Shown: positions 21,304-30,956, numbered from the stretch's first letter. The stretch: DNA of 64,000 nt from a virus (IMGVR_UViG_3300029288_004137:1-64000), one strand, 5' to 3'. The notes: generated by a model not told the origin, from the sequence alone. Program-made: numbers and translations.

Positions 21304-21840
21304 ATGACTACATTCGAAAAAATAAAGTGCTTTAAAACAGAAATTATATCACTCTTAAGTTTAAGTATCATAATCCCAGCACTTTTATATTCTTTTAATT
21401 ATTCTTTTATTGAAAAAGAAACATTTTTTCTTTTTCTTTTTATTGGTTTTTGTAGTTTTGCTTTATCTTTTTATATCGTATTTGTTATTCGTGATTTAAT
21501 ACATGTTAAATTTGGAATTAAATTTTTTGCTAAACATTCTTTGAAATATTATATAAATAATGACGTTTTAGACGATGTTCTTTCAAAGTGCATAGAACAA
21601 ACAGCATTTAAGTTTAAAGTCTCTACAAATCAAATTGAAGAGCTCTTGAATGGTCTACAAGTTAGATTCGTAGATCATATATTAAATGATCAGTCATTAA
21701 AAATTAACTTAATGACTGAGAAACCTCAGTTCTTTAAAATGATAAGAAGAGAAATATATATTACTGTAATAGCAAATAATAACTATCATTATGATTCCCT
21801 CTATAAAGTATTAGAAGGATATATAGATATATTTAGATAA
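21304..21840 (+). CDS. membrane protein
   Basis: Two hydrophobic N-terminal segments. Confidence 0.6.
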   Translation: MTTFEKIKCFKTEIISLLSLSIIIPALLYSFNYSFIEKETFFLFLFIGFCSFALSFYIVFVIRDLIHVKFGIKFFAKHSLKYYINNDVLDDVLSKCIEQTAFKFKVSTNQIEELLNGLQVRFVDHILNDQSLKINLMTEKPQFFKMIRREIYITVIANNNYHYDSLYKVLEGYIDIFR

Positions 21841-21865
21841 ACTCCTTAAAGTAAAGGACATCAAA

Positions 21866-22354
21866 ATGAAATTTATAGAATTTGAAGCAAAAGAAATTCT
21901 CAGGGGATTTGGATATTTTAAAGGTATTCATACAAAAGAACCTATAAAAGTTCCTATTAAATTAAACTTAACATGGAACTCAGATTTATTAAGTTTTATA
22001 AACCCTATTCATATAGGGTTTTTACGTGCATATGTTGATGGTACAATTCAAATAGATGATGAAGAATTCACTTTGTTTGGAACACTTACTTTAAAATATT
22101 TTGAAGATAATTCTATAGAATATCATCTCTTTATAGAAAATTTTATAAAAAAATCTTCAACAAAAGATTCAGAATGTCTTACTTTTATTGGGAAAAAAAT
22201 AAATATAAAACCCTGGAATCTTCTTTTTTCTCATACTACTTGCTTTGGAACACTTTTACAAAACAATGAATTAATTGCTGATTGTTATTTGTTTTTCAAT
22301 TTAAAAGATTTATTTCCATTTTTGAAAAGTTTCAAGTTCAAATTTAATGTATAA
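21866..22354 (+). CDS. hypothetical protein
   Basis: ORF with SD. Confidence 0.65.
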   Translation: MKFIEFEAKEILRGFGYFKGIHTKEPIKVPIKLNLTWNSDLLSFINPIHIGFLRAYVDGTIQIDDEEFTLFGTLTLKYFEDNSIEYHLFIENFIKKSSTKDSECLTFIGKKINIKPWNLLFSHTTCFGTLLQNNELIADCYLFFNLKDLFPFLKSFKFKFNV

Positions 22355-22365
22355 AGGAATAATAA

Positions 22366-22638
22366 ATGTTTACTTTTTTTTATTGTTTATTTGGTTTCAG
22401 TATGTTAATTATGTTAATTAATGTCTTTTATAAAAACATCTTTCAAAATAAGGAAAAAAAAGTTATGAATAATCTTGAAATTTATCACAATGATTATCTA
22501 AAAAAGATTAGAGAAAAAAATGAATTTATCAAAAATAGTCAAAAGACTACCAACCCCAAGATTGGTGTTTCTGATCTACATGTAGAAGCACCATCAGATG
22601 ATATTATGTTTTTTCCAAAAAATCATGAAATAAAGTGA
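22366..22638 (+). CDS. hypothetical membrane-anchored protein
   Basis: N-terminal hydrophobic helix. Confidence 0.55.
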   Translation: MFTFFYCLFGFSMLIMLINVFYKNIFQNKEKKVMNNLEIYHNDYLKKIREKNEFIKNSQKTTNPKIGVSDLHVEAPSDDIMFFPKNHEIK

Positions 22639-22643
22639 TATAA

Positions 22644-22726
22644 GGAAGGATCGCATAGAGGCCGAGTGCAGTGGTTTGCTAAACCATCGAACGAAAGTTC
22701 CAAGGGTTCGAATCCCTTTCCTTCCT
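22644..22726 (+). tRNA. tRNA-Ser(GCT)
   Basis: GGAAGGA/TCCTTCC acceptor, GTGGT-TTGCTAA-ACCAT, long variable arm, GGTTCGAATCC. Confidence 0.9.
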
Positions 22727-22789
22727 CTAATTTAATAGAATTATTCTTTTTTAAATTACGTCTAATTAATAGACTGTTTTGGAGAGAAC

Positions 22790-23035
22790 ATGAAAAAATA
22801 TTTATTTTTAATTTTATTTGCTTTATTCACTTCTGGGTGTACTGGAACATATTACTGGACGTATTCACCTCCAATCATTTACCCAGAATATCATCAAACT
22901 TATTATCATAAACATTATGTTGTTCATCATAAAGTTGTTAATTATTCCAATCACAGTTGGAATAAAAATAAATGGTATAAAAAACCTCATTCTTATCCAC
23001 AAAAACCTCACTGGAATCACAAAAAGAAGTTTTAA
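22790..23035 (+). CDS. putative His-rich lipoprotein
   Basis: MKKYLFLILFALFTSG-C lipobox. Confidence 0.6.
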   Translation: MKKYLFLILFALFTSGCTGTYYWTYSPPIIYPEYHQTYYHKHYVVHHKVVNYSNHSWNKNKWYKKPHSYPQKPHWNHKKKF

Positions 23036-23050
23036 TTCAAAAATTTTTTC

Positions 23051-23079
23051 TTGACAAAAAAGTTATTCTGTGTTAGAAT
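23051..23079 (+). promoter_or_regulatory. sigma70 promoter
   Basis: TTGACA-17-TAGAAT. Confidence 0.75.
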
Positions 23080-23106
23080 GTATATATAAAATAAAAAAAG
23101 GTTAAA

Positions 23107-23475
23107 ATGTATATCACAAAAAAATATTTAGAAAATCATCCAAATCATATTTTTGTATTTGGAGATAATTCTTTAAGACAAGGAAAAGGAGGAGCTGCCT
23201 CTTTAAGAGATGAACCAAATACATATGGATTTATTACAAAAAGATATCCAAGTGATGATTGTAAATCTTATTATAATTCAAAAGAATATGTTTTTGTTTT
23301 TCAAAAAGAACTTGAAAGTCTGGAGTACTTTATAAGAAGCAATCCAAATAAAACATTTCTTATTTCTAAACTTGGAGCAGGACTTGCAAACAAATATTTA
23401 ATTTTTGAAAACGTCATTGAACCAACTTTAAAAAACTCTTTATCACACTATAAAAATGTAATATTTCTTTATTAA
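23107..23475 (+). CDS. macrodomain-like phage protein
   Basis: IFVFGDN..GKGGAA..YG..TK..LGAGLA. Confidence 0.55.
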   Translation: MYITKKYLENHPNHIFVFGDNSLRQGKGGAASLRDEPNTYGFITKRYPSDDCKSYYNSKEYVFVFQKELESLEYFIRSNPNKTFLISKLGAGLANKYLIFENVIEPTLKNSLSHYKNVIFLY

Positions 23476-23501
23476 TTAATAAATTTTATGAAAGAAAAAA
23501 A

Positions 23502-24215
23502 ATGAGAATTAAACTAATATCTGATATTCATGCAGAATTCCATGCTGACAACGGAAAAGATTTTTGTAAAAGATTACCTGTAGATAATGCAGAAATTTTA
23601 ATTATATGCGGTGATCTTGGACAATCTCAAAGTGTAGATATTTGTCTTTCTATATTATCCAAAAAATTTCCACATATAATTTATGTACTTGGAAATCATG
23701 AATATTATGGACTTTCACTTTTTGCTGGAAAAACAAAATATACAAACATTTGTAATTCTTTTAAAAATGTTTATTTGCTAGATAACAGTTTTATCACAAT
23801 TGAAGAACAAAGATTCTTTGGTGGAACAATGTGGTTTCCAAAAGTTGATTTAATTGATTTTTATAAAAAGTATATAAGTGATTCAAAACTTATAAAAGAT
23901 TTTGGAAATGTTTTTGTAGAAAATCAAAAATTTATAGAAGCATTTGAAAAAACAAATGCGAATGATATTATTGTTACTCATCATTTACCATCCTATAATT
24001 GTGTAGGAAAACAATGGAAACACAGTAAGTTAAATATGTTTTTTGTATGTGATATGGAAAAATATATTATCGACAAGAAACCTAAACTTTGGTGTGCTGG
24101 ACATACTCATGTAAGTTGTGATACTCTTGTAGATGGTACAAGAATAGTTGTTAACTGTCACGGGGGATACGACTATAATGAAAACTACAAAGAAAACTTT
24201 ATTATAAAGGTATAA
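23502..24215 (+). CDS. calcineurin-like metallophosphoesterase
   Basis: SDIH, GD, GNHE, THH, GHTH. Confidence 0.9.
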   Translation: MRIKLISDIHAEFHADNGKDFCKRLPVDNAEILIICGDLGQSQSVDICLSILSKKFPHIIYVLGNHEYYGLSLFAGKTKYTNICNSFKNVYLLDNSFITIEEQRFFGGTMWFPKVDLIDFYKKYISDSKLIKDFGNVFVENQKFIEAFEKTNANDIIVTHHLPSYNCVGKQWKHSKLNMFFVCDMEKYIIDKKPKLWCAGHTHVSCDTLVDGTRIVVNCHGGYDYNENYKENFIIKV

Positions 24216-24288
24216 ATATGGAAACAATAGCGATAATAATGTTTTTGATTATGTGCTCAGTTCTTTATATTTTTTATGGAGATAATCG

Positions 24289-25449
24289 ATGACATATGCA
24301 AATAAACTAAAAGTTATGACAATAGTAGGCACAAGACCCGAGATAATCAAGTTATCCCAGGTTATTAAAGTGCTTGATGAAGAAACAAATCATATACTTG
24401 TTCATACTGGACAAAATTATGATTATGAATTAAACAACATTTTCTTTGAGGATCTAAAATTAAGAAATCCAAATTATTATCTTGACGCTGCTGGTAAAAC
24501 ATCTACTGAAACAATAAGTAATGTTATTATAAAAGTTGATGAAATCCTTGAAATTGAAAAACCCGATGCTGTTCTTATTTTAGGTGATACAAATAGTTGT
24601 TTATCAGTCATTGCAGCAAAAAGACGAAAAATTCCTATTTTTCATATGGAAGCTGGAAATAGATCTTTTGATGAAAGAGTCCCAGAAGAAATAAATAGAA
24701 AAATACTTGATCATATAAGTGATATAAATCTTCCTTATTCTGATATAGCAAGAGAATATCTCTTGAAAGAAGGACTTTCACCTGACAGAATAATTAAAAT
24801 AGGAAGTCCAATGGCAGAAGTATATTATGAACATTTTAAAGCAAATTCTTTTATTTTTCCTGAAAAATGGACAAAAGATATTCTTGAAAAATTTAATCTT
24901 GAAAAAAACAAATTTTATCTTTTTTCTCTTCATAGAGAAGAATCAATAGAAAATGAAAAACAAATTAATAAATTAATTAACGTACTTACTTGGATGGATG
25001 AGAATTTACAATATCCAATTATTTTTTCAACACATCCACGAACAAAAAACCGTTTAACCACTTTAGGAGTTATTGATTCTTTTAAAAATATTAAATTTAT
25101 GAAACCATTTTCTTTAACAGAATATGTTGCATTACAGATAAATGCATCTATTGTTTTTTCAGACAGTGGTACAATTTCTGAGGAAACTTCTCTTCTTCAA
25201 TTAAAATCATTAAATTTGAGAGAAGCACATGAAAGACCAGAAGCTATGGAAGAAGCTACTGTAATGATGGTTGGATTAGATTTAGAAAGAATTAAACAAG
25301 GGATTGATATATTAAATTCAGGACATGGATTTTCATCTTATGTTGCTGATTATACACGTCATAGTATTGCATCAAAAGTATTAAAAATAATAATCAGTTA
25401 TACTGATTATGTAAAAAGAAATGTATGGAGAGAAGAACCACATGAATGA
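24289..25449 (+). CDS. UDP-sugar 2-epimerase (WbjD/FnlC/Cap5G-type, WecB family)
   Basis: KLKVMTIVGTRPEIIKLS, HTGQNYDYEL, GDTNS, HMEAGNR, DSGTISEE. Confidence 0.9.
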   Translation: MTYANKLKVMTIVGTRPEIIKLSQVIKVLDEETNHILVHTGQNYDYELNNIFFEDLKLRNPNYYLDAAGKTSTETISNVIIKVDEILEIEKPDAVLILGDTNSCLSVIAAKRRKIPIFHMEAGNRSFDERVPEEINRKILDHISDINLPYSDIAREYLLKEGLSPDRIIKIGSPMAEVYYEHFKANSFIFPEKWTKDILEKFNLEKNKFYLFSLHREESIENEKQINKLINVLTWMDENLQYPIIFSTHPRTKNRLTTLGVIDSFKNIKFMKPFSLTEYVALQINASIVFSDSGTISEETSLLQLKSLNLREAHERPEAMEEATVMMVGLDLERIKQGIDILNSGHGFSSYVADYTRHSIASKVLKIIISYTDYVKRNVWREEPHE

Positions 25450-25702
25450 AGATCTTTCTATAGTAGTTGAATCTTTTCTTGAAAGATTTTTTGAAGTTAT
25501 AAATCAATATTGTTTGGATCATAATGTAGATAGACAAACTATATCTGAAAGATCTGGAATGAATAAACAATATTTAGAAAAACTATTTAGTAGAGAACTC
25601 GAACCTACTATCTTTGATATTGTGTTTTTACTTGATAGTATTGATTATTCTTTTACATTATTTTATTCTAAAAAAGACAGTGACAAAATGTACTGTGAAT
25701 GA
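25442..25702 (+). CDS. XRE-type HTH protein
   Basis: RQTISERSGMNKQYLEKL..EPTI. Confidence 0.6.
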   Translation: MNEDLSIVVESFLERFFEVINQYCLDHNVDRQTISERSGMNKQYLEKLFSRELEPTIFDIVFLLDSIDYSFTLFYSKKDSDKMYCE

Positions 25703-25953
25703 AAGGAGAAAAAGTGTCAACATTTAAAGAAGGTATAATGGAAGGTAAAGTTTCGTTTTTGGAAGTTTCTGATTTCTTAAAAAAAGGTATAGCGTATGTA
25801 AAAACTCATAAAGGAACATTTATGCATGATTTTTTTGGAATGACCAGCGAACAATTCGACACACTTCTGAATAAAGGATTTTTTAAGGAGGATAATGTAT
25901 ATTACTGTGATTTTTCCGATGCTGGCAAATTATCTGGAAAAAGAAAAAAGTAA
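25699..25953 (+). CDS. hypothetical protein
   Basis: ORF. Confidence 0.55.
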   Translation: MKGEKVSTFKEGIMEGKVSFLEVSDFLKKGIAYVKTHKGTFMHDFFGMTSEQFDTLLNKGFFKEDNVYYCDFSDAGKLSGKRKK

Positions 25954-25980
25954 GATAAGCAAATCCATAATTTTTTGTTC

Positions 25981-26009
25981 TTGACAAATTCAAAATTAAG
26001 TATTATACT
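25981..26009 (+). promoter_or_regulatory. sigma70 promoter
   Basis: TTGACA-17-TATACT. Confidence 0.75.
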
Positions 26010-26122
26010 TAAAATTAAATAACAATTTGGAGGTATTTATGCTACACATAAGAGATATACCCTGCTAAACTATTCATACATGTTTCTTTTTAATGATGCT
26101 ATTTAACAATGGAGGACATAAT

Positions 26123-26449
26123 ATGACACCTAATTCACTTTTTAATATTCTTTATCCTTATTCAAGCAAAAATGCGATTGTTCCAAAACAACTCGAAGAC
26201 GGTTCTCTTGAATACAGATTCAACCTTGCAGGAACACCACTTGAGGATATCAAAGTTACATGCGGAGAAGGAAGATTTGAAGTCTTATCGAAAGATAAGC
26301 ACTATTCAGCATATTTAGATGATACACAAGACATAAAATATCTTGTTTTTGATATGAAAGCTGAATATAAATTGGGAATATTGATTATCACAATTCCCAC
26401 AAAGCTCCCTGATATTCGTTTGATACCTGTTAAACTTATCACTGAATAA
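26123..26449 (+). CDS. small heat-shock protein (Hsp20)
   Basis: FNLAG..EDIKVT..KAEYKLGILIITIP; GGAGG SD. Confidence 0.75.
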   Translation: MTPNSLFNILYPYSSKNAIVPKQLEDGSLEYRFNLAGTPLEDIKVTCGEGRFEVLSKDKHYSAYLDDTQDIKYLVFDMKAEYKLGILIITIPTKLPDIRLIPVKLITE

Positions 26450-26451
26450 AA

Positions 26452-26678
26452 TCTTAATGTTTCTATAGCTCAGCCACCATGTGTGGAAGGAGTTCCGGTG
26501 CCGTCTTAAACGACACCAGATAGTTTTCATGTTTTCTATTGCTCTTTCACCATAGCTCGTCCACCATGCGTGGAAGGAGTTCCGGTGCCGTCTTAAACGA
26601 CACCAGCTAATCTTCATGTTTTCTATTGCTCTTTCACCATATGTGAAGGGGTTCTGGTGCCGTTTAAAACGGCACCAG
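26452..26678 (+). repeat. three tandem GC-rich double-hairpin units (73-87 nt period), probable structured RNA
   Basis: CAC-CATRY-GTG..G(A/G)GTTC(C/T)GGTGCCGT-YTWAA-ACG(A/G)CACCAG three times. Confidence 0.8.
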
Positions 26679-26728
26679 GCAATTTTCTCTACAATATTTA
26701 AACATTAAACATTAATAAAGGAATATTT

Positions 26729-27778
26729 ATGACTATCCGAGCTTTAAAATCACCTCAATATAATTGGGTTTTTGATGATTCTAATGGTAACTTTGCTAGA
26801 TGGGGAAAAACTGAAGAAGAAAATCCTTCTTATTCTCCGCTAGGACCAGAACTTCTTGATATTGAAGTTTCAACAATTTGTCACAATGGATGTACTTTTT
26901 GTTATAAAAGTAATACGGGCAAAGGTCACAATATGACACTTGATGAATTCAAAAAGATTTTTCACAAAATTCCTCAGAATTTGACACAAATTGCTTTTGG
27001 AATAGGGGATATTGATGGTAATCCAGAATTATTTGATATGTTTAAATATTGTAGAGAAAATAGTTATAATCTTGTGATTCCTAATGTAACTATTAATGGA
27101 AAAAACATTTCTAAAGAGCATTATGATAATCTTTCTAAATTATGTGGTGCCGTTGCAGTATCTATGTATGATAAGGATAATTGTTATAATTCAGTTTTTG
27201 AACTAACAAGCAGAGGACTAAAACAAGTTAATATTCATATGCTTTTAAGTGAAGAAACATATGATGATTGTTTTCAGGTAATCAATGATAAACTGACTGA
27301 TAAACGTCTTGAAAAACTTAATGCTATTGTTTTTCTTATGTTAAAGCCAAAAGGTGATAGAAATACATACAATTCTATTAAAAGCATAGAAAAATATTCA
27401 AAATTGGTTAATTATGCAATAGAAAAGAATGTTCAAATTGGTATGGATTCATGTTCAGGACCATCAGTACTTAAATCATTAAATAACATTGATACTAGAT
27501 CAATTGAACCTTGTGAAAGTGGATTGTTTTCGTTATATATAAATGCTTTTGGAGAAGCATTTCCATGTTCTTTTACAGAAGGAACTAAAGGATGGAAAAA
27601 AGGAATCAATATTCTTCAGATTGAAGATTTTATTTCTGATGTCTGGAACAGTAATAAAATTCTTAAATGGAGAAAAACGCTCTTAGGTTCTACAAAAAAT
27701 TGTGATTGCAAATTCAAAAATGATTGTAGATCTTGCCCTGTATACGATATTTCTTTATGTAAAGGTAAAAAACAATGA
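26729..27778 (+). CDS. radical SAM protein with SPASM/twitch-like C-terminus
   Basis: CHNGCTFC; C-term CESG..I..FG..FPCSF..C.C...C.SCP. Confidence 0.9.
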   Translation: MTIRALKSPQYNWVFDDSNGNFARWGKTEEENPSYSPLGPELLDIEVSTICHNGCTFCYKSNTGKGHNMTLDEFKKIFHKIPQNLTQIAFGIGDIDGNPELFDMFKYCRENSYNLVIPNVTINGKNISKEHYDNLSKLCGAVAVSMYDKDNCYNSVFELTSRGLKQVNIHMLLSEETYDDCFQVINDKLTDKRLEKLNAIVFLMLKPKGDRNTYNSIKSIEKYSKLVNYAIEKNVQIGMDSCSGPSVLKSLNNIDTRSIEPCESGLFSLYINAFGEAFPCSFTEGTKGWKKGINILQIEDFISDVWNSNKILKWRKTLLGSTKNCDCKFKNDCRSCPVYDISLCKGKKQ

Positions 27779-28146
27779 AAATTAGACAAGGATTTGTCAG
27801 CAACTCTAGTTCTACAAGTTTTATTATAAAAAATAAAACAAATAAACAAAAAACTTTAATGGATTTTATAGAAGAAACTTCTGTTTTCTTATATAAAATA
27901 TATATACAAAAGTATCCTTATCATCTTTGGAAGGATAGTCAAGATGAAAGTTACAGGGAAATATTTTCTGCTGAAAGTGTAAAAAGTTTTATTCAAAAAA
28001 GAAATTTTCGGATAAAAGGTAACAAAGAAATAGGAATTATATTTGCTGATGATCAAACATCTACAGAAAATTTCTATGAATTAATGTTAAGAGATTTTAA
28101 TGAAACAGAATCATTTTCTTGGCAAATGGATGAAAATCTTCACTAA
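27775..28146 (+). CDS. MKIRxGFVSNSSSxSF-family protein
   Basis: N-terminus MKIRQGFVSNSSSTSFII; ATGA overlap with the rSAM gene. Confidence 0.7.
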   Translation: MKIRQGFVSNSSSTSFIIKNKTNKQKTLMDFIEETSVFLYKIYIQKYPYHLWKDSQDESYREIFSAESVKSFIQKRNFRIKGNKEIGIIFADDQTSTENFYELMLRDFNETESFSWQMDENLH

Positions 28147-28235
28147 AGATAGATTATTTGTAAATATTTTTTCTTTACTTTTTTTAAAAAATATGGTATT
28201 ATGAATTATAAAGTTAAGAAATTGAAAGGATTACT

Positions 28236-28472
28236 ATGCGTTTTATTTATCTTAATGGATTAACACAAGAAATTGTATTCACACTTGAAAATCATAGTGA
28301 TGATGGTAAGTTTAAACTTCTTGCGATAAAAGATAATCAAATTTTAGTTTCTTCATTAAAAGATGATGATTATCTTCTTGTTGGAGATAATGGTAGAAAA
28401 GAAAAGACGAATTGGATTGAAAAATTTATTATAGGAAAAGATGTAGAAATTGGTAGTATCGAAGAAACATAA
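28236..28472 (+). CDS. hypothetical protein
   Basis: ORF with SD. Confidence 0.55.
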   Translation: MRFIYLNGLTQEIVFTLENHSDDGKFKLLAIKDNQILVSSLKDDDYLLVGDNGRKEKTNWIEKFIIGKDVEIGSIEET

Positions 28473-28710
28473 AAGTGCTCAAGAGCTTTTAAATCTTAAA
28501 AAAAACGATATGTTTCTTCTTAAGAAAAATGCTATTTTATATAAAAATGCTGAAATCCGTATTAAACCTTTAGTAGGAAATGGATTAGCAATCTTTTTAG
28601 CACAAGTTAATCAAAGCACAATCAAAATTGGTTATCAAGGTAAAATTTATTATACAACTTTTTCTTCAATAAAAAAAATATACAATCCTTCTGAATATTC
28701 TATAGAATAA
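28450..28710 (+). CDS. hypothetical protein
   Basis: ORF. Confidence 0.45.
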   Translation: MVVSKKHKSAQELLNLKKNDMFLLKKNAILYKNAEIRIKPLVGNGLAIFLAQVNQSTIKIGYQGKIYYTTFSSIKKIYNPSEYSIE

Positions 28711-28743
28711 CTACTTAATTAAAGTATCTTTCTGGAGAAATTA

Positions 28744-29535
28744 ATGAAATTACAACAAATTATAAAACAAGAAGTTTTAGGTTATCTTAAAGAAATAAAA
28801 ATCTTAAAAGAAAGTGGTTTTGCTAGATTAGCAAATATTCTTCGAGGCGATATTCCATATATCAAAACACTTGCTATTTTCACCGCTGCGAATCCAAAAA
28901 CGTCTAAAACCGATGCAGCAATGAATAATGAATTAAACAAGGAATTAATGGCAGACTTGAGACAGGCAAATTATGGTCCTATTATGATGGCTGGAATGTT
29001 TGATAATTTTGAACATAGTTTTGCTATCCCGAATATAAATAAAGAAGATACAATTTCATATGGTAAAAAGTATAATCAAACTTCGGTCATATGGGGATAT
29101 AAAACAAACGAAGGAATGACCTTTGAATATATTGTTTCTGATACAGGCGATGTTGAAAGTGTTAGAGAAGTGTTTATTGATGCTTCTAATAGAAAAAATT
29201 TCTATTCTATTATTCATGGAAGAAAATTTACTATTCCATTCTTTGATCCCGTCTATGAAGATTCTAAGTGGAATCCAGAAAAACATGGGCAAGTAATAGG
29301 AACAAAGCCAGAAACAGTTAATGAATCTATAAGAATTGTAGGTTCTAAGAAATTTACATATAACAGTGAAGATTTACTTAAACTTAAAAATCCTGAAATT
29401 GATAAATTGGTTAATAAAATCAAGAAACAACAAGAATTTTTATTTGAAAACACAAATAAATCTGGTAAATCTATGTGGGAAAGTAGAGGTATTATTCGTA
29501 TGTGTCTTTTCAAACTTCAAAATCTAATAAAATAA
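28744..29535 (+). CDS. hypothetical protein (DUF3293-like TA.NP motif)
   Basis: AIFTAANP..N.EL..E.SF..G.KY.Q.SV. Confidence 0.5.
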   Translation: MKLQQIIKQEVLGYLKEIKILKESGFARLANILRGDIPYIKTLAIFTAANPKTSKTDAAMNNELNKELMADLRQANYGPIMMAGMFDNFEHSFAIPNINKEDTISYGKKYNQTSVIWGYKTNEGMTFEYIVSDTGDVESVREVFIDASNRKNFYSIIHGRKFTIPFFDPVYEDSKWNPEKHGQVIGTKPETVNESIRIVGSKKFTYNSEDLLKLKNPEIDKLVNKIKKQQEFLFENTNKSGKSMWESRGIIRMCLFKLQNLIK

Positions 29536-29551
29536 ACATAAAAGGTGATAT

Positions 29552-30685
29552 ATGTCAATTTATCTTGAGAAATTAAGCAATAACAAAACAATTTTCTGGA
29601 AAGCTGAATTTAATAGCAATACTGTTATATACTCTTATGGACAAGTTACTGGAAAAGTCCAAGTAAAAGAAGAAACTTTTCTTGAAGGAAAAAACATTGG
29701 AAGATCCAATGAAACATCTCCTGAACAACAATGTATGCAAGATGCTGTTAAGAAAGCAAGAAAAAAGATTGAATCTGGATATACTGTAGTTTCTGGTCAA
29801 GATTTGATTGACATTTTTACTTCAAAAACTGCTCAAAAATCAAATCTTGATATTCCAAAACCTATGCTTGCATTTAAAATGCAAGAACATTTAGAAAAAA
29901 TTAAACCTTTTGTTTTCTGTCAACCTAAAGTTGACGGAAATAGATGTCTTTTAAATATAAAAACAGGAAAACTCTATTCAAGAACAAGAAAAGAAATTAT
30001 TTCATGTCCTCATATTACTCATAATTTGATGAATACAAATTTCTCTTCATATTTATATTTTCCTGAAAATAATGTTGAATGGATTGATGGAGAATTATAT
30101 TCTCATGAATTGACATTTAACGACATACAAAGTATTGTAAGAAGAACAAAAAACATTGATTATGAAAAATCAACTTCTATTTTCTTTTATATGTTTGATT
30201 TTATTTCTGATTTGTGTCAAGAAGGCAGAATGCAAATTCTAAATACACTCGAAGATACAACATATATAAAAATCCTTAAATCTTCTTTTATACCAAAAGA
30301 AGAAATTGATAAATATCATGATCAATATGTATCAGAGGGATTTGAAGGAATAATGATTAGAATGCCAGAACATCCTTATGAACAAAAAAGAAGTTATTCT
30401 CTCTTTAAATATAAGAAGTTTTATGATGATGAATTTAAAGTTGTTGGGTTTAAATGTGAAAAAAACAATCCAAATGTTCTTGGAACAGTAACTTGTCTTA
30501 TGAATGACTCTGAAAAAACTTTTGAAGTGACTCCATCTATGACTGATGATGAAAAACAAAATATTTGGGACAATCAAGATTGTTTTCTTGGAAAATTTGC
30601 AACAGTTGTCTTCCAAGAAAGAGATTCTAAAACAAATATTCCAAGATTCGGAACATTAAAAGCATTCAGAGAAAAAAACACTTGA
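29552..30685 (+). CDS. lig: ATP-dependent DNA ligase
   Basis: PMLA, KVDGNR, DGELY, FD, EGIMIR, KYK, PRF. Confidence 0.92.
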   Translation: MSIYLEKLSNNKTIFWKAEFNSNTVIYSYGQVTGKVQVKEETFLEGKNIGRSNETSPEQQCMQDAVKKARKKIESGYTVVSGQDLIDIFTSKTAQKSNLDIPKPMLAFKMQEHLEKIKPFVFCQPKVDGNRCLLNIKTGKLYSRTRKEIISCPHITHNLMNTNFSSYLYFPENNVEWIDGELYSHELTFNDIQSIVRRTKNIDYEKSTSIFFYMFDFISDLCQEGRMQILNTLEDTTYIKILKSSFIPKEEIDKYHDQYVSEGFEGIMIRMPEHPYEQKRSYSLFKYKKFYDDEFKVVGFKCEKNNPNVLGTVTCLMNDSEKTFEVTPSMTDDEKQNIWDNQDCFLGKFATVVFQERDSKTNIPRFGTLKAFREKNT

Positions 30686-30710
30686 CATTTTAATATAACT
30701 ATGATATAGT
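30682..30710 (+). promoter_or_regulatory. sigma70 promoter of the tRNA cluster
   Basis: TTGACA-17-TATAGT. Confidence 0.75.
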
Positions 30711-30723
30711 TGTTATAGATTGA

Positions 30724-30798
30724 TGCGGAGTAGAGGAGTGGTTCATCGCTAGGCTCATAACCTGGAGAACGGCAGTTCGATTCTGCCCTCCGCAACCA
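30724..30798 (+). tRNA. tRNA-Met(CAT), initiator-like
   Basis: TGCGGAG/CTCCGCA-ACCA, CTAGG-CTCATAA-CCTGG. Confidence 0.88.
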
Positions 30799-30799
30799 T

Positions 30800-30872
30800 C
30801 CATCCATAGTTCAGATGGCAGAACGACAGACCGATAATCTGTAAATCGGAGGTTCAAGTCCTTCTGGATGGA
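30800..30872 (+). tRNA. tRNA-Ile(GAT), C33 variant
   Basis: CCATCCA/TGGATGG, ACAGA-CCGATAA-TCTGT. Confidence 0.85.
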
Positions 30873-30880
30873 CTATAATC

Positions 30881-30954
30881 CCTTTCGTAGCTCAATTGGT
30901 TAGAGCAGTCGCCTTATAAGCGACAGGTAAGTTGTTCAAATCAACTCGGAAGGA
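30881..30954 (+). tRNA. tRNA-Ile(TAT)
   Basis: CCTTTCG/CGGAAGG, GTCGC-CTTATAA-GCGAC. Confidence 0.88.
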
Positions 30955-30956
30955 CT

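Noticed and set aside
22666-22911. ORFs overlapping tRNAs (22666, 30574, 33808 start) and antisense shadow ORFs
   Set aside because: They overlap tRNAs or well-supported genes and lack SD sites or motifs
26452-26678. CRISPR array
   Set aside because: Units are 73-87 nt with conserved linkers and no unique spacers; no cas operon
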